Shown here: positions 44,597 through 55,442 of the stretch, one piece after another
How the letters are laid out: each line of letters begins with the position of its first letter
Numbering within the stretch: the stretch's first letter is position 1
Assembly (NCBI GenBank): GCA_044222185.1
Contig: JBGANV010000002.1
Coordinates: forward strand, 704,001 to 768,000
DNA: 64,000 nucleotides
Direction of reading: 5' to 3'
DNA from: Planctomycetota bacterium
GTDB taxonomy: Bacteria; Planctomycetota; GCA-002687715; CAIWVZ01
Translations under genes and position numbers: made by a program
The notes under the pieces: generated by a model
The model's input: the letters and a program-made list of their open reading frames with translations, nothing else
What the model was told of the DNA's origin: nothing
The model's database searches: none

Positions 44597-47212
44597 TCAG
44601 CGTCGTTCGAGGAAGTCGAGGAGCTTCGCCTGCGCGTTCCGGTTCTTGTCCTGGAACGCACCGCGGATCGCGTCCTTTTCCCGCGTCGTGAGGTGCCAGG
44701 AGAGCGGGGGAGTCTGCGTGAGTCCCTCGGGGACGAACCGGAAGAACTCGATCTGGCCCTTCAGGTGACGTGCCACGAGGTCGCGCTCGATTTCCGCGCG
44801 CACGAGCTGCGTCCGCCGCCAGGTGGCGAGGAGGAGATCCAACGGCCCGAGGAGCGCATTCCGCCAGGCATCGACCTGCCCGGCGTCCGCCGTGGTCGGA
44901 GGTGCATCCGGAAACGATTGGATCTGCACGACGGCGATTCGCGGCGGCTCGGCGACGTCGAGCGTCCGCAGAAGCCAGTCCAGGACGGTCGCTACCCCGT
45001 AGTTGTCGAAGTAGCCACCGTCGCCGACGTAATAGCCGGGCGCGATCGGATCGACGCGGCCCTCCTCGACGCGCGCGGCGCGCGACAGCGGCGAGACGTA
45101 GGGGAACGATGCCGACAGCCGCGCCGCCGTGACGATGGCGATGTCGCTCGCGCGCCCGAACACGCGGAAGAAGTTCGGTGCGCGGCCCAGATCCGACTCG
45201 CTGCTCGTCAAGTCGATCGTCGAGAGCATCAGCCTCTGACCCTTGAGCTCGAGTTCGTGGACCCCGCCCAGCGTGGCGTTGAACACGACGGGCGGTATGC
45301 GGCCGGACTTCGTCTCGGTCACCCAGTCGCCCAGCGTGGCATCCAGCGGAGGATCCACGCCGTCGCCGTCGCCGGTGAACTGTCGCTGCCACGACCGTTC
45401 CAGGGCGATGCCGCGGTCCATCTGCAGATCGACGAGCCAACGCAGCGGCATGGCGGGTCGGCGGATGTCCTTGAACACCGTCGCCCATCCCACGGCATTC
45501 AGGCTCGAGCGCATGGCGACTTCGCGCACGCGTTTGCGCGCCGCGGGAGTCAGCGATGACGAATCACGCCCGCGCCTGCGCAGCGCTTCCACGTAATACA
45601 TCGCCCCGACGCTCCCACCGGACACGGAGCTCAACAGTGCGAGCCGCGGAGCGAATCTGGGAATCGCATCGAGTTCGGTGAGGACCTCTGCGGTCCATCC
45701 CGCCGCCTGGATTCCTCCACCGGCCGTGCACACGACGACGACCGTCGGTTGTCTCGAGATCCCTTCGTCTTTCGCGCGCGCGGCGAGCGTGGTTGCGACC
45801 GTGGGTAGTTCGATGGCCTCGCGTCGAGCCTCGCTCGTCAGGAAGAAGTAATGCGTCGAGTGGCTCGAGATTCCGGACACGAGCGTCCACAGGAGGACGG
45901 CAAGCAGCAGGGGAAACCGCGCACGATCGAGGAAGAAAGACAGCCCCGAGAGTGTCGCGATCACGAGAGTCGCGAGGAACAACACCGCGGCGAGGGTAGG
46001 GAAGGAGTCCACTCCCGCACCGTCAGGAACCAGGAAGTTGCCGGCGATGAACGCGGCACCGAGCACGGACCAGGCCGCGGCGGCGCCTCGGTGCCCTGGA
46101 AGGAGCCCGCCCTCGGGACTCCAGTACCCGGCCCAGATCCAGGCGAGCGGTCGCGGACTCTGCGGGGCCTGGGGCGGCGCTTCCGGCGCCGGAGCCTCGT
46201 CCGCAGCGCGGCCCAGCACGGCGCGCTGAACCGAGATGACCAGCCCGATGGAGACGACTACCCCGAGCGACGTGATCACCGGCGCGAATCCGTCGAAGGT
46301 CGGTCCGTCGACGTGCATCATCCCCACGAAGGGGACGGAGAGTGCGACGGCGACCACGAATTGCACCAGGTCCTGCGATCGGCGCGGCCGGATCTCGTGA
46401 AGAGACGGCCAGGGCAACCGTGGGACCGAGAACCGGCTTGGCGCGTACCGCGCCGTGAGCAACGCGTTCGAGACGCACGTGATCGCCGCGAGTCCCAGCG
46501 CGAGGCCGCAGACGAAGAGATGCGCCCGGGACGGTAGCGCCATGACGCCGGCGGAGATCGCGGCGCCTCCCATCACCGCGGGAATGAGCACGAGGAAGAG
46601 CGCCCCGCTCGAAGGCACGCGGACGACCGCCGTCCACGCGAGCGCGTCGCCGAGCGAGTCCGCGACTGGGCGCCATTCGCGACGGAGCCATCGGGCTGCG
46701 GGGACGACCATGGTGATCGCGACCCACGCGAGCAGGAGCGCGAACTTGAGCGAAGCGGTGACTCCGACGATCGGCGGCACGAAACCGGGCGGCGGTGAGT
46801 CGCTCGTCGCGATCCAGAGCGCCACGTCCTCGACGACGTCGCAACCGGCGGCCAGGAGGATCAGCCGCGAAAGCGCGTTCACCGTCACGGGTCGCCAGCC
46901 GGAGCGTTCACCGCGTCGGCGCGTCACCCACAGCAGGCAGGTGGCGTATAGCGCGATGAATGGCAGGTCGTAGGCGAGGCTGCTCCGAACGAGGCGTGCC
47001 GTGGCGCCACGCACGTCCTGCGTGCGGTCGGCCTTCGGATCGAGCCGCGCCTCGAGCGCACCTGTCGAGAAGACGAATTCGAAATCGACGATGCTCCTGG
47101 CATCGCCGCCGTGGCGGCCGCAGTGACGGGCGATCTCGCCGTCGATGCAGCGCATCCACGCAGCGAGGCACAACAGGCCGACGCCGCAAACCAGCACCCG
47201 CCGTGACGTCAT
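44597..47212 (-). CDS. Polytopic membrane protein with C-terminal patatin/cPLA2-like phospholipase domain
   Basis: Many TM helices, then AGGGIQAA, SSVSGGS (nucleophile Ser), ARLSASFPYVSP, DGGYFDNYG. Confidence 0.8.
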   Translation of the reverse strand: MTSRRVLVCGVGLLCLAAWMRCIDGEIARHCGRHGGDARSIVDFEFVFSTGALEARLDPKADRTQDVRGATARLVRSSLAYDLPFIALYATCLLWVTRRRGERSGWRPVTVNALSRLILLAAGCDVVEDVALWIATSDSPPPGFVPPIVGVTASLKFALLLAWVAITMVVPAARWLRREWRPVADSLGDALAWTAVVRVPSSGALFLVLIPAVMGGAAISAGVMALPSRAHLFVCGLALGLAAITCVSNALLTARYAPSRFSVPRLPWPSLHEIRPRRSQDLVQFVVAVALSVPFVGMMHVDGPTFDGFAPVITSLGVVVSIGLVISVQRAVLGRAADEAPAPEAPPQAPQSPRPLAWIWAGYWSPEGGLLPGHRGAAAAWSVLGAAFIAGNFLVPDGAGVDSFPTLAAVLFLATLVIATLSGLSFFLDRARFPLLLAVLLWTLVSGISSHSTHYFFLTSEARREAIELPTVATTLAARAKDEGISRQPTVVVVCTAGGGIQAAGWTAEVLTELDAIPRFAPRLALLSSVSGGSVGAMYYVEALRRRGRDSSSLTPAARKRVREVAMRSSLNAVGWATVFKDIRRPAMPLRWLVDLQMDRGIALERSWQRQFTGDGDGVDPPLDATLGDWVTETKSGRIPPVVFNATLGGVHELELKGQRLMLSTIDLTSSESDLGRAPNFFRVFGRASDIAIVTAARLSASFPYVSPLSRAARVEEGRVDPIAPGYYVGDGGYFDNYGVATVLDWLLRTLDVAEPPRIAVVQIQSFPDAPPTTADAGQVDAWRNALLGPLDLLLATWRRTQLVRAEIERDLVARHLKGQIEFFRFVPEGLTQTPPLSWHLTTREKDAIRGAFQDKNRNAQAKLLDFLERR

Positions 47213-47260
47213 GCGAAGGTCCCCCACCGTGACGCGCCCGCTGCCGTGCGATTCCTGCGC

Positions 47261-48211
47261 TCAACGCCCTTTCATCCGCACCAGTTCGGCCTCTGCCGCG
47301 ATGTGCCCGAACGCAGGCCAGTTCTCGCTGGACACGATCTCCTCGAAGATCTCACGCGCGCCATCGCGATCGCCGCCGAGCAACTTCCAGATTCCGACGC
47401 CGTAGGCGAGGGTCGCGAACGCGTTGGCGTCAGCGGAAGCCCGCGCCCCTGCCAGGACGGCGTTCGGTGATTCCTCGCCGCGAAACATCAGGAGGAGGCG
47501 CTGGTAGGCGTGATTCTCGACGAGCTGCATGTCCCGACTGATCGGCGGGAGCAGCGCGCCCGCATCGACGGCATGATTCGCACGTCGCAGCGCCAGGTAG
47601 AGCCAGTAGCTCTCCGAGCACCAGCGATCGTCGTTCGTCGCCGACTCCAATGCCTCGCGAAACACGACGGCCGCACGCTCGAACTCTCCACGCAAGTAGT
47701 AGGCGAGTCCCAGGTGATAGCGGATGTTCGATTGCAACGTCCCGATTGGAACGTTCGACGCGTTGGGCAGCCCGTCGGGTTCGACTTCGTCCGGCGTTCC
47801 GGCGACCAGCCCCCGCGCCTTCTCCAGGTCGACGATGGCGTCGCTGAACCGTCGCACGGTGATGTAGCGATGACCCCGGTGCCGCAGCAGCGCGGCCGAG
47901 TCGGGATGCCTGCCGAGCGTCTTCGTGTAGACGGCGATGGCCTCCTGGAAACGGCCGACGTATGCGAGGCGGCGTCCGACCCAGATCTGCGCTTCGACGT
48001 CGTCAGGTCGACTCGCGGCGCGCGACTCGGCGGCTTCGTACTGCTCGAGACGGCGCGTGTGCACGCCGGGGTCGAGGGGCGGCGCCACGAGCTCATCCCC
48101 GAGCAGCGATCTGGCCTGTACGCGCGGGCGATCCTCGGCCGAGCGGCAACCCGCCACGATCAGTACGAGCAGCACGCCGACCACACGGTTCCCGCACGTT
48201 CGCATTCCCAT
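47261..48211 (-). CDS. TPR-repeat lipoprotein
   Basis: Lipobox LIVAGC; TPR-like helices (VGRFQEAIAVY, YHLGLAYYLRGEFERA). Confidence 0.8.
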   Translation of the reverse strand: MGMRTCGNRVVGVLLVLIVAGCRSAEDRPRVQARSLLGDELVAPPLDPGVHTRRLEQYEAAESRAASRPDDVEAQIWVGRRLAYVGRFQEAIAVYTKTLGRHPDSAALLRHRGHRYITVRRFSDAIVDLEKARGLVAGTPDEVEPDGLPNASNVPIGTLQSNIRYHLGLAYYLRGEFERAAVVFREALESATNDDRWCSESYWLYLALRRANHAVDAGALLPPISRDMQLVENHAYQRLLLMFRGEESPNAVLAGARASADANAFATLAYGVGIWKLLGGDRDGAREIFEEIVSSENWPAFGHIAAEAELVRMKGR

Positions 48212-48291
48212 CGCGATCTCCGGCGCCCAGTGTGCGGCGGGGAAACGGGGGCGGCAAGTCGTCCGGGTTCACGGCCGGAGCCGCGGCGCAG

Positions 48292-50052
48292 TCATCGCGT
48301 CTTCGTCACGAGGGACAAATCGCGAGTGAGGCCCTCGAGACGCAGCACGTCTTCACGGTCGTGCGGATTCTCCGAGACGAGCACCTCCGCGACCGCGTGG
48401 GCGCGGCGCAGGAACTCCTCGGCGTGGTCGTACGACTTCGCGGCCATGTGCCCACGGGCGACGACCTCGCAGGCACTCACGAGCAGTCGCGTGAGATCGG
48501 TCTTCACGAGCGCGCCTCGGATCGCGTACTGACAGGCGCTGATCGCGCTCCGGCCGTGTGCGATGGCGAGTTCGGACTGCCCGAGCGCCAGATGGATGCG
48601 GGCCAGGCGGTAATGCGCACCGGCGACGTCGCTCTGCATGGCCGGGTTGCCGCCGTGCTCGTGGATGTACCCGCGATAGAGCGCGGCCGCCGAGTCGAGC
48701 GTGAGCTGGGCCTGGGCGTCGGACTCGGTTCCGGATTCGGTCGATGCGGCGGCCCGTGTGACGAGCCGGTCGAGGACGTCCTGGTTTCGGCGGAGCGTTG
48801 CCTCGGTACGTCGTTGCTCGGCTTCGGCCGACGTGCGCGCGCAGGTCGCCTCCAACGCCTTGAGCTCGGCACCCTTCAGCAGGTGCGTGGTCAAGTGCAG
48901 GGAGATCGTGAGGAAGATGAACAGGAACGACAGCCCCACGGCGACCGCCGGATTGCGGGCTGCCCAGCGACGTCCGCGGACGAGAGGGCCAGCGGGTTGC
49001 GCGAGGATCGCGCGGCCTTCGCGCACGCGCTGGAGCTCGTCGGCGAAGTCCGCCGCCGACTGGTATCGACGCCACGTGTCCTTCTCGAGCGCAGTTGCGA
49101 TGACCAGTGACAGTTCACGCGGCACCGCAGCGTTGACCTTGTGTGCGGCCTGCGGTTCCGTCACTTGAATCGCCTTCACGAGGCCCTCGCGCGTCGGAGC
49201 GTTGAACGGCCGGGCGAGCGTGACGAATTCGTAGAGGGTGACGCCGAGGGACCATACGTCGGTGCGCCGGTCGAGGCGTGACGTCTCGCCGCGGACCTGC
49301 TCCGGCGACATGTACGCCGGAGTGCCGAACATCTCTCCCGTTGCGGTGAGCGTCGCGGCATCCTCGTTCGTGTCGGATGCCAGGCCGAAGTCCAGGATCA
49401 CGGGCTGACCGTCGTTTGCGACGAGGATGTTGCCGGGTTTGATGTCGCGGTGGACGAACCCCGCGTTGTGGGCCACGTGGAGTGCGCGCGCCGCATCTTC
49501 GATCAGGCGGATGGCGTCGTGGATCGACTCGCGCGTGCTCGGGAGCGATGCCGGTCGCCGGCCGCGAGTCGACGGGGCACGCGGCCGTGTCTTGGCCGCG
49601 TGTGACGACCCTTCGCTGAACGCACCGGCATCGGTCAATCGCGATGAGGGCGTGATCGACGAGGGCGTCACTCGGACGGTGTCGTCACCGTCCTTGGCGC
49701 GACGAATCCGCGCAGCAAGCGTCTCGCCCTCCACGTACTTCATGGCGATGTATGGGATGTCACCCACGACGCCGGAGTCGTAGACGGTGCAGATCCCGGG
49801 GTGATCGATGCGCGCCGTCACCTGGGCCTCGCGCTCGAACCGGCCGCGGCAGACGGCGTCCGTGATCGCGCGACGCGAGAGCACCTTCAGCGCGACACGG
49901 CGTTGCTTCACGATGTCGTCGGCGAGGTAGACGACGCCTTGCCCGCCGCGACCCAGTTCGCGGATGACGTAGTACCGATCGGCCCACAGCGGGATGGACG
50001 TCGGAACCTCGCTCGCAACGTCGTGGCTGGATTTGGAGAGAATCTCTGGCAC
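48292..50052 (-). CDS. Ser/Thr protein kinase with TM helix and short helical C-terminus (start uncertain)
   Basis: LGRGGQGVVY, VALK, HRDIKPGN, DFGLA, GTPAYMSPEQ, DVWSLG. Confidence 0.88.
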   Translation of the reverse strand: MPEILSKSSHDVASEVPTSIPLWADRYYVIRELGRGGQGVVYLADDIVKQRRVALKVLSRRAITDAVCRGRFEREAQVTARIDHPGICTVYDSGVVGDIPYIAMKYVEGETLAARIRRAKDGDDTVRVTPSSITPSSRLTDAGAFSEGSSHAAKTRPRAPSTRGRRPASLPSTRESIHDAIRLIEDAARALHVAHNAGFVHRDIKPGNILVANDGQPVILDFGLASDTNEDAATLTATGEMFGTPAYMSPEQVRGETSRLDRRTDVWSLGVTLYEFVTLARPFNAPTREGLVKAIQVTEPQAAHKVNAAVPRELSLVIATALEKDTWRRYQSAADFADELQRVREGRAILAQPAGPLVRGRRWAARNPAVAVGLSFLFIFLTISLHLTTHLLKGAELKALEATCARTSAEAEQRRTEATLRRNQDVLDRLVTRAAASTESGTESDAQAQLTLDSAAALYRGYIHEHGGNPAMQSDVAGAHYRLARIHLALGQSELAIAHGRSAISACQYAIRGALVKTDLTRLLVSACEVVARGHMAAKSYDHAEEFLRRAHAVAEVLVSENPHDREDVLRLEGLTRDLSLVTKTR

Positions 50053-50293
50053 GGAGAAAGCCGCCTGGACACGGGCGCACGGGGCGTGGGTTTCGAAGTC
50101 CCACACGCAGGTACGCGGACGCCTGACGCTGGTCTCTTTCGTCGCTTTCCGTGAATCGCTTGAGTCTCGAAAGAAAGGCCGAACTGTGCCGCCCCGGCCC
50201 GGATTCGCCCGCTGCGCGCCTGGGAAAATGCGCGGGTTCGGGACGGATGTGGGCTTGCTTCCGAACACGCGTCCGCCGATGCTGGCGCCCCTC

Positions 50294-51664
50294 ATGGATC
50301 AGATGAACGACCAAGGCCGCCCGGCGGGACACGATGAAGTGACGCGCGTGCTCGGCTTCAAGGACGTCGCGAGCATCGTGATCTCGGCGATCATCGGCGT
50401 CGGCGTGTTCTTCACGCCGGCGAAGGTTGCGGACCGTGCGCATGACGGCGGCTGGGCGATCCTCGCATGGCTCGTCGGCGCCGGCATGGCGATCCTGGGA
50501 GGCCTCACGTTCGCCGAACTGGGCACGTCGATGCCGAGCACCGGTGGGCAGTTCGTCGTCCTTTCGAGGGCGTTCGGGCGCAACATCGGCTTCGTCTACG
50601 TGGCGACGGTCTCGAGCACGGTCGTCGCTGGAGCGCTGGGGATCCTTGCGATCGTGGCGGCCGAGCTCATCCTCGGCAGTGCGGGGGTGACGGTGACGGG
50701 TGCGAACCTCACGGGGCTCGCGCTCGTCCTCCTCGGCGTGATCTTCGCGATCAACATGGCAGGCGTGCGCGTGAGTGCGGGGTTCCTGCGGTGCAACGCG
50801 GGATTGAAGCTCGCCATGCTCGTCGGATTGATCGGGATCGGGCTCTTCAGCGGGCGACCGATGGCGCCGGCGGCGTTCAGCCTGGAACACGCACCCGGGT
50901 TCGGCGGATTCTGCTACGCGACGGTTCCCGTCCTATTCGCCTATGGCGGTTGGGAGCAGGCGCTGTGGACGGGAGGGGAGGTCCGGCGCCCCGAGCGGAA
51001 CGTCGTCCTCGGCATCTTCACGGGCGTGGCCGTCGTCGTCGTCGTGTACCTCGGACTGAACACGTCGTTGCTCTATCTCTTGGGACCCGGCGGCGTATCC
51101 CAGGACAACCGGGTGACCGCGCGGGCCGTCGAGCTCGTCGTCCCGTCACTCGCGCGCTGGGTATCGCTTGCCGTCGCGGCGTCCGCGCTGGGTACGGTGC
51201 ACGCCATCATGATGACCGCTCCGAGGCAGATCGCCGCGCTCGCGACCGAAGGGCTCGCCCCCGCGGCACTCGGTCGGTTCTCACCGCGCACCGGCACGCC
51301 CGGCGCGGCGACGACCGTGGTGTTTCTCATCGCCGTGGCATTGGTCGTCGGTGCGGGCAAGGACGGCGTCGACCGCCTCCTCGATGCGGTCGGTTGCGTC
51401 AACTGGCTCTTCTTCGGAATGACCGGGCTCGCGGTGGTGATCCTCCGCAAGCGTCTTCCGAACCTGAGCCGACCCTATCGCGTGCCGGGTTATCCGGTGA
51501 CGCCGATCGTCTTTGCGTCGCTCGCGTTCGTGGCCGCTGCGAGCCCGTTCTTCGAACCCGCGGGACGCACGCCGGCAGCCCTCGCTCTCGGGCTCGTTCT
51601 CACGCTGGCGCTCCTGGCCCGTTTGTTGATAAAGACTCCTGCTGTTTCCGACGTGCGTTCCTGA
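50294..51664 (+). CDS. APC-family amino acid permease
   Basis: IIGVGVFFTP, FAELGTSMPSTGG, FAYGGWE, EVRRPERN, RPYRVPGYP; many TM helices. Confidence 0.92.
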   Translation: MDQMNDQGRPAGHDEVTRVLGFKDVASIVISAIIGVGVFFTPAKVADRAHDGGWAILAWLVGAGMAILGGLTFAELGTSMPSTGGQFVVLSRAFGRNIGFVYVATVSSTVVAGALGILAIVAAELILGSAGVTVTGANLTGLALVLLGVIFAINMAGVRVSAGFLRCNAGLKLAMLVGLIGIGLFSGRPMAPAAFSLEHAPGFGGFCYATVPVLFAYGGWEQALWTGGEVRRPERNVVLGIFTGVAVVVVVYLGLNTSLLYLLGPGGVSQDNRVTARAVELVVPSLARWVSLAVAASALGTVHAIMMTAPRQIAALATEGLAPAALGRFSPRTGTPGAATTVVFLIAVALVVGAGKDGVDRLLDAVGCVNWLFFGMTGLAVVILRKRLPNLSRPYRVPGYPVTPIVFASLAFVAAASPFFEPAGRTPAALALGLVLTLALLARLLIKTPAVSDVRS

Positions 51665-51679
51665 CCAAGGTCGATTCCG

Positions 51680-52015
51680 ATGGTGCACGAGTCGATACAC
51701 GATGGCGGCAACCCGATGACGTCTCCGACGACGGAGGCGGAAGTCGGGACGTACACGTCGGTCGCGCCGAACTGGAAGGTCATCTACCACAACGATGACT
51801 ACACGACGTTCGAGTTCGTGACGCAGACTCTCATCCGTTTCTTTCACTACGACCTGGGGCGGGCGGTCGACCTGACGAACGAGGTTCACTTCACCGGCGC
51901 CGCCGTCGTCGCCGTGCTCCCCTTCGAGGATGCCGAGTTCAAACGCGACCAGGTGATCAGCGTCGCCCGCGGCGCCGGTTTCCCGCTCAGCGTGACGATC
52001 GAGCCGGACGCGTAG
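51680..52015 (+). CDS. clpS: ATP-dependent Clp protease adaptor ClpS
   Basis: WKVIYHNDDYTTFEFV...EVHFTGAAVV...GFPL; true start may be 51716. Confidence 0.92.
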   Translation: MVHESIHDGGNPMTSPTTEAEVGTYTSVAPNWKVIYHNDDYTTFEFVTQTLIRFFHYDLGRAVDLTNEVHFTGAAVVAVLPFEDAEFKRDQVISVARGAGFPLSVTIEPDA

Positions 52016-52178
52016 GCGGGTCCGTGCGAGGCCGCGCTCGCGGAGGCCCTGCACATCGGCGTCGGCGTGCCGACGCACGACGCCCGCGCCGAGGCTCGCG
52101 TTCACCCGTGCCCAGGTCCGGCACGCCGCCCCCGGGTCCGCGCGGCGTCCGGGTCCACGCGACCGCACGCAGCCGCCC

Positions 52179-52226
52179 AAAAAAAAACCGCGCCGCCGAG
52201 GCGCAGGCGCACCTCGGCGGTCGCGG
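52179..52226 (-). terminator. Intrinsic terminator for the minus-strand IPT/TIG gene
   Basis: A10 followed by stem CCGCG-CCGCCGAGG ... CCTCGGCGG-T-CGCGG on the + strand, i.e. hairpin plus T-tract on the minus strand. Confidence 0.75.
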
Positions 52227-52308
52227 CTCCGAACTCGGGCACCCATGGCGCTCGAATTCGTGGGTCAGGATTGGACTCGAAAACTCCCTCCAATCTCCTG
52301 ATCCCTGT

Positions 52309-55194
52309 TCAGAGTTCCACGAGTCCCGGCCAGGTGAGCCGGAGACCGAGCGATACGTTCGGATCGAGCACGACGGCCTGGACCGCGGCATGAATGCCGA
52401 GCGGTGGCGTCGGCAGCATCATCGGCCCGAAGCGCGCCGTACCGCCTGGCGCCGTCGCGTAGGGATCCGGCATCGTCGAGCAGCTGCCGAACGGTCCGCC
52501 GAAGATGCTGATCCCGTCGCAAAGCACGAATGCAAAGGGTGAGAACCCGCGAAGCAGATACGCGCTAGCAGTGGAGTAGGGGTCCGGGATGAGGACCGGG
52601 CCGTTGTTCTGCACGTCGAGCATCAAGGTGAAGGGTTGGCCGATCGGACAGCCGTCGAGCACGATCGTGCTGAGCGAACCTGGGACCGTGACGGCCGGGT
52701 CCGTGCGGATCGTGCCGGCGTTGCTCAGCTGCCCCGGCGCCGACTCGATCTTCACGGCAACGGCATTCGAGGGCGCCAGCGGTCCGTTCATGACGGTGAT
52801 GGTCAACGCACCGATCTGTGTCGCATCTGCGAACGGCGGCGCCACCCGCAACGAAAGAAATGTGGCCTGTTGAGAGACGAGGGTCAATCCGGCCACCGCC
52901 ATCGATGTGGAGACGAACGTGCCGTTGACGACCACGCCGAATCCGGGTGTGTTCAGCGCGAAGCCGGTACCGAACAGGAGTACGTCGTACGAACCGGATC
53001 CGACGACGAGCGGCACGTGCGACGTCGGCTGGTGCGATTGGATCTGCGGAGGACGAACCTCGAAGGTCAGCGGCACGGGAGATTCGAGCGCACAATCGAA
53101 CGGCGGCGATTGCCGTGCCGTGAGGATGAGCTGACCCGGACGCGCGAGCAGTTCCGGCGGAAGAACCAGTTGAAGCCCCGTTGGGCCGAGGAAGTTCGGC
53201 GAGATCTCCGTGACCTGATTGCCGTCCCAGACGTCGATGACCGACATGTAGTCGAAGTTCGTCCCGGTGATCGTCAGCGCGGCCGAGGACTGCCCGGCCG
53301 CGGCGCCAGACGGCACGACCGCCGAGAGCGTGGGAGTCGCCGAGACCGCGAGCACCGCGGGCTCCCAGCTGATTCCGCCGCCCGGACCCGGATTCACCAC
53401 GTTCGCATAGCGCTCGCCGATCGTCGCAAGCGTCCCCGCGGGCGCGGTGAATCGAATGAGCCCTTGGTGCACGAACGTCACGGACGAACCGGCAATCACC
53501 TGCCCCGCGAACGTCACATGACATCCTGCGACGAAGCCGCTGCCATGAATGTCGAACTGGGCCGGGCTCGCGTTCATGAGTACGCACGGTGGATCCACGT
53601 AGGACGGATAAGGCTCCGGATTGAGAATCGTGAACGTCTGACACGCGTTGCCGCCACCGGAAGGAGCGTTCACGACACACAGCGAGTGGTTGCCTGCAGT
53701 CGTCACGTCGGTTTCGGTCAGTTGGACCTGCAGCTGGCCAGACCCCATGTAGAGAAACGCATGCGCGACGCCGTCCCAGGTGACGGCCGAGTCGGGCCAG
53801 AATCCAGCGCCCGTGATCGTGATGACCGGAGGCGGATAGCCGACGGTAGTCGAGGTCGGGCTGATCGACGCGATGCTCGGAACGGTGTTGTTGACCGTGA
53901 AGGTCAGCGGTGACGTCGTTCCGCCGCCGGGGACGGGCGTCGTCGCGCGGATCGTGAGGGTTCCTGGAAGTGCCAGGTCGAACGGGCCGAGCGGAGTCGT
54001 CAGCTCGGTTGCCGAGACGAACGTCGTCGGCCGGATGTTGCCGTTGACCGTGACGTACGACGCGGGCACGAAGCCGCCGCCGAAGACGTGCAGCGTCGGA
54101 GGTGAGCTGCCGCGGACCCCGCTCGCTGGGAGAAGCCCGCTCGTGGTCGGGATCGGATAGATCACGTTGATGAAGCCGGGCGCCGATTGTGGAGTCCCCG
54201 GGTTCACCAGGGCGATCGCCAGGGTGCCGACGGTCGTGAAGTTGACCGCGGGCAGCGTCACGTTGTATTGGTTCGGGTTCACGTAGCTTCCCACGAGGCT
54301 CGTCGTTGCACCGTTTCGCGTGACGTTCACGGTCGTCCCGGGGGTGAAGTTCGCGCCGATCAACGTGAGCGGGAGCGCGCCTGCGCCGTACGACACCGTG
54401 GTTGGTACCCCTGACGTGAGGGTTGGTTGCAGAGAACCGGTTCTGACGATGCTCAGATCGTAGGTGTCGTTGGGTTGCGTCGTGACCGGTCGATCCTGGT
54501 ACACGATGAGCCCGTACCAGCCGAGAGTCGTGAGCTGCACGTTGACTGGGTTCGTCACGGTGCTCCCGAGGGCGACGTAGTCGTAACGCGTCTGCCACGC
54601 ACCGCTCGGCTGCGGCTGGTGCAGGCGCCACCGCATCGGTGACGAGGATGCGATGCTGATCCTGTAGGCGCCGACTTCGGTCACGTTGAACTTGAACAAC
54701 CGGCCGATCGACATCGACGCGCCGGTCGACGTCGATCCGCCGTTCCAGTTCAACCCCGCATAGGACGTGCCGACGACGAGCGTATTGTTGCCGTCACTCG
54801 AATAGGTGTGCCGGACGTACGCCGGGGATGGCCCGGCGAATCGGATGAAGCTCCCCGACATGTGGGTCGGGAGTCCGTGGATGCCGTCGCTGATGATGTA
54901 GTCGTACCGGTTGTCGAGGTCGTCCGAGATCACGTTGGCGATGGAGATGTCCCAGTCGCTCGCTGGAGACGTCAGGTTCTTGTTGACGATTCCAACGGCG
55001 TTCCATTGGTCATCCACATAACCGGAGAGCTGGAAGCAACGCTCCGTCGTCGTCGCCGTCGTGACCTCCGTGGCGGTCGACGCTGGAAGCGTGATGGTAG
55101 AACCGGAGCACTGGGCGCGAACGCAGCACGCAGCAGTGATGAGAGTCACGGCAAGGCGAACTGAGAGTGCGCGACGGGGTATCCCGAATGTCAT
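52309..55194 (-). CDS. Secreted IPT/TIG-repeat protein with shared C-terminal module
   Basis: GGAGG upstream; signal peptide; repeats PTLTS..P / LTLIGANF, PSIASISP / ITITGAGF, PTLSAVVP / LTITGTNF; ends LPTPPLGIHAAVQAVVLDP...GLRLTWPGLVEL. Confidence 0.85.
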   Translation of the reverse strand: MTFGIPRRALSVRLAVTLITAACCVRAQCSGSTITLPASTATEVTTATTTERCFQLSGYVDDQWNAVGIVNKNLTSPASDWDISIANVISDDLDNRYDYIISDGIHGLPTHMSGSFIRFAGPSPAYVRHTYSSDGNNTLVVGTSYAGLNWNGGSTSTGASMSIGRLFKFNVTEVGAYRISIASSSPMRWRLHQPQPSGAWQTRYDYVALGSTVTNPVNVQLTTLGWYGLIVYQDRPVTTQPNDTYDLSIVRTGSLQPTLTSGVPTTVSYGAGALPLTLIGANFTPGTTVNVTRNGATTSLVGSYVNPNQYNVTLPAVNFTTVGTLAIALVNPGTPQSAPGFINVIYPIPTTSGLLPASGVRGSSPPTLHVFGGGFVPASYVTVNGNIRPTTFVSATELTTPLGPFDLALPGTLTIRATTPVPGGGTTSPLTFTVNNTVPSIASISPTSTTVGYPPPVITITGAGFWPDSAVTWDGVAHAFLYMGSGQLQVQLTETDVTTAGNHSLCVVNAPSGGGNACQTFTILNPEPYPSYVDPPCVLMNASPAQFDIHGSGFVAGCHVTFAGQVIAGSSVTFVHQGLIRFTAPAGTLATIGERYANVVNPGPGGGISWEPAVLAVSATPTLSAVVPSGAAAGQSSAALTITGTNFDYMSVIDVWDGNQVTEISPNFLGPTGLQLVLPPELLARPGQLILTARQSPPFDCALESPVPLTFEVRPPQIQSHQPTSHVPLVVGSGSYDVLLFGTGFALNTPGFGVVVNGTFVSTSMAVAGLTLVSQQATFLSLRVAPPFADATQIGALTITVMNGPLAPSNAVAVKIESAPGQLSNAGTIRTDPAVTVPGSLSTIVLDGCPIGQPFTLMLDVQNNGPVLIPDPYSTASAYLLRGFSPFAFVLCDGISIFGGPFGSCSTMPDPYATAPGGTARFGPMMLPTPPLGIHAAVQAVVLDPNVSLGLRLTWPGLVEL

Positions 55195-55442
55195 GGCTAT
55201 GCCTCCGATGGGAACGAACGTGTGATTTCGACGATGCTGGGGTCGGCAGATCGTTGGGCCGGCCGCCGGTTCGCGAGCCGCCTCGGGCGAGCTCGATCGA
55301 CCGTCGGCGATCCTTCCGCTGAGACACTCATCGCGGTCCCGAGCGACGTGTTTCGCGGCATGACGGAAATCGCCGACGACGAAACCGCGGCGCGGCGAAA
55401 ACCGGTGAACGCGGCGCGCGCTACGATTCCTGCCGAAATCAC

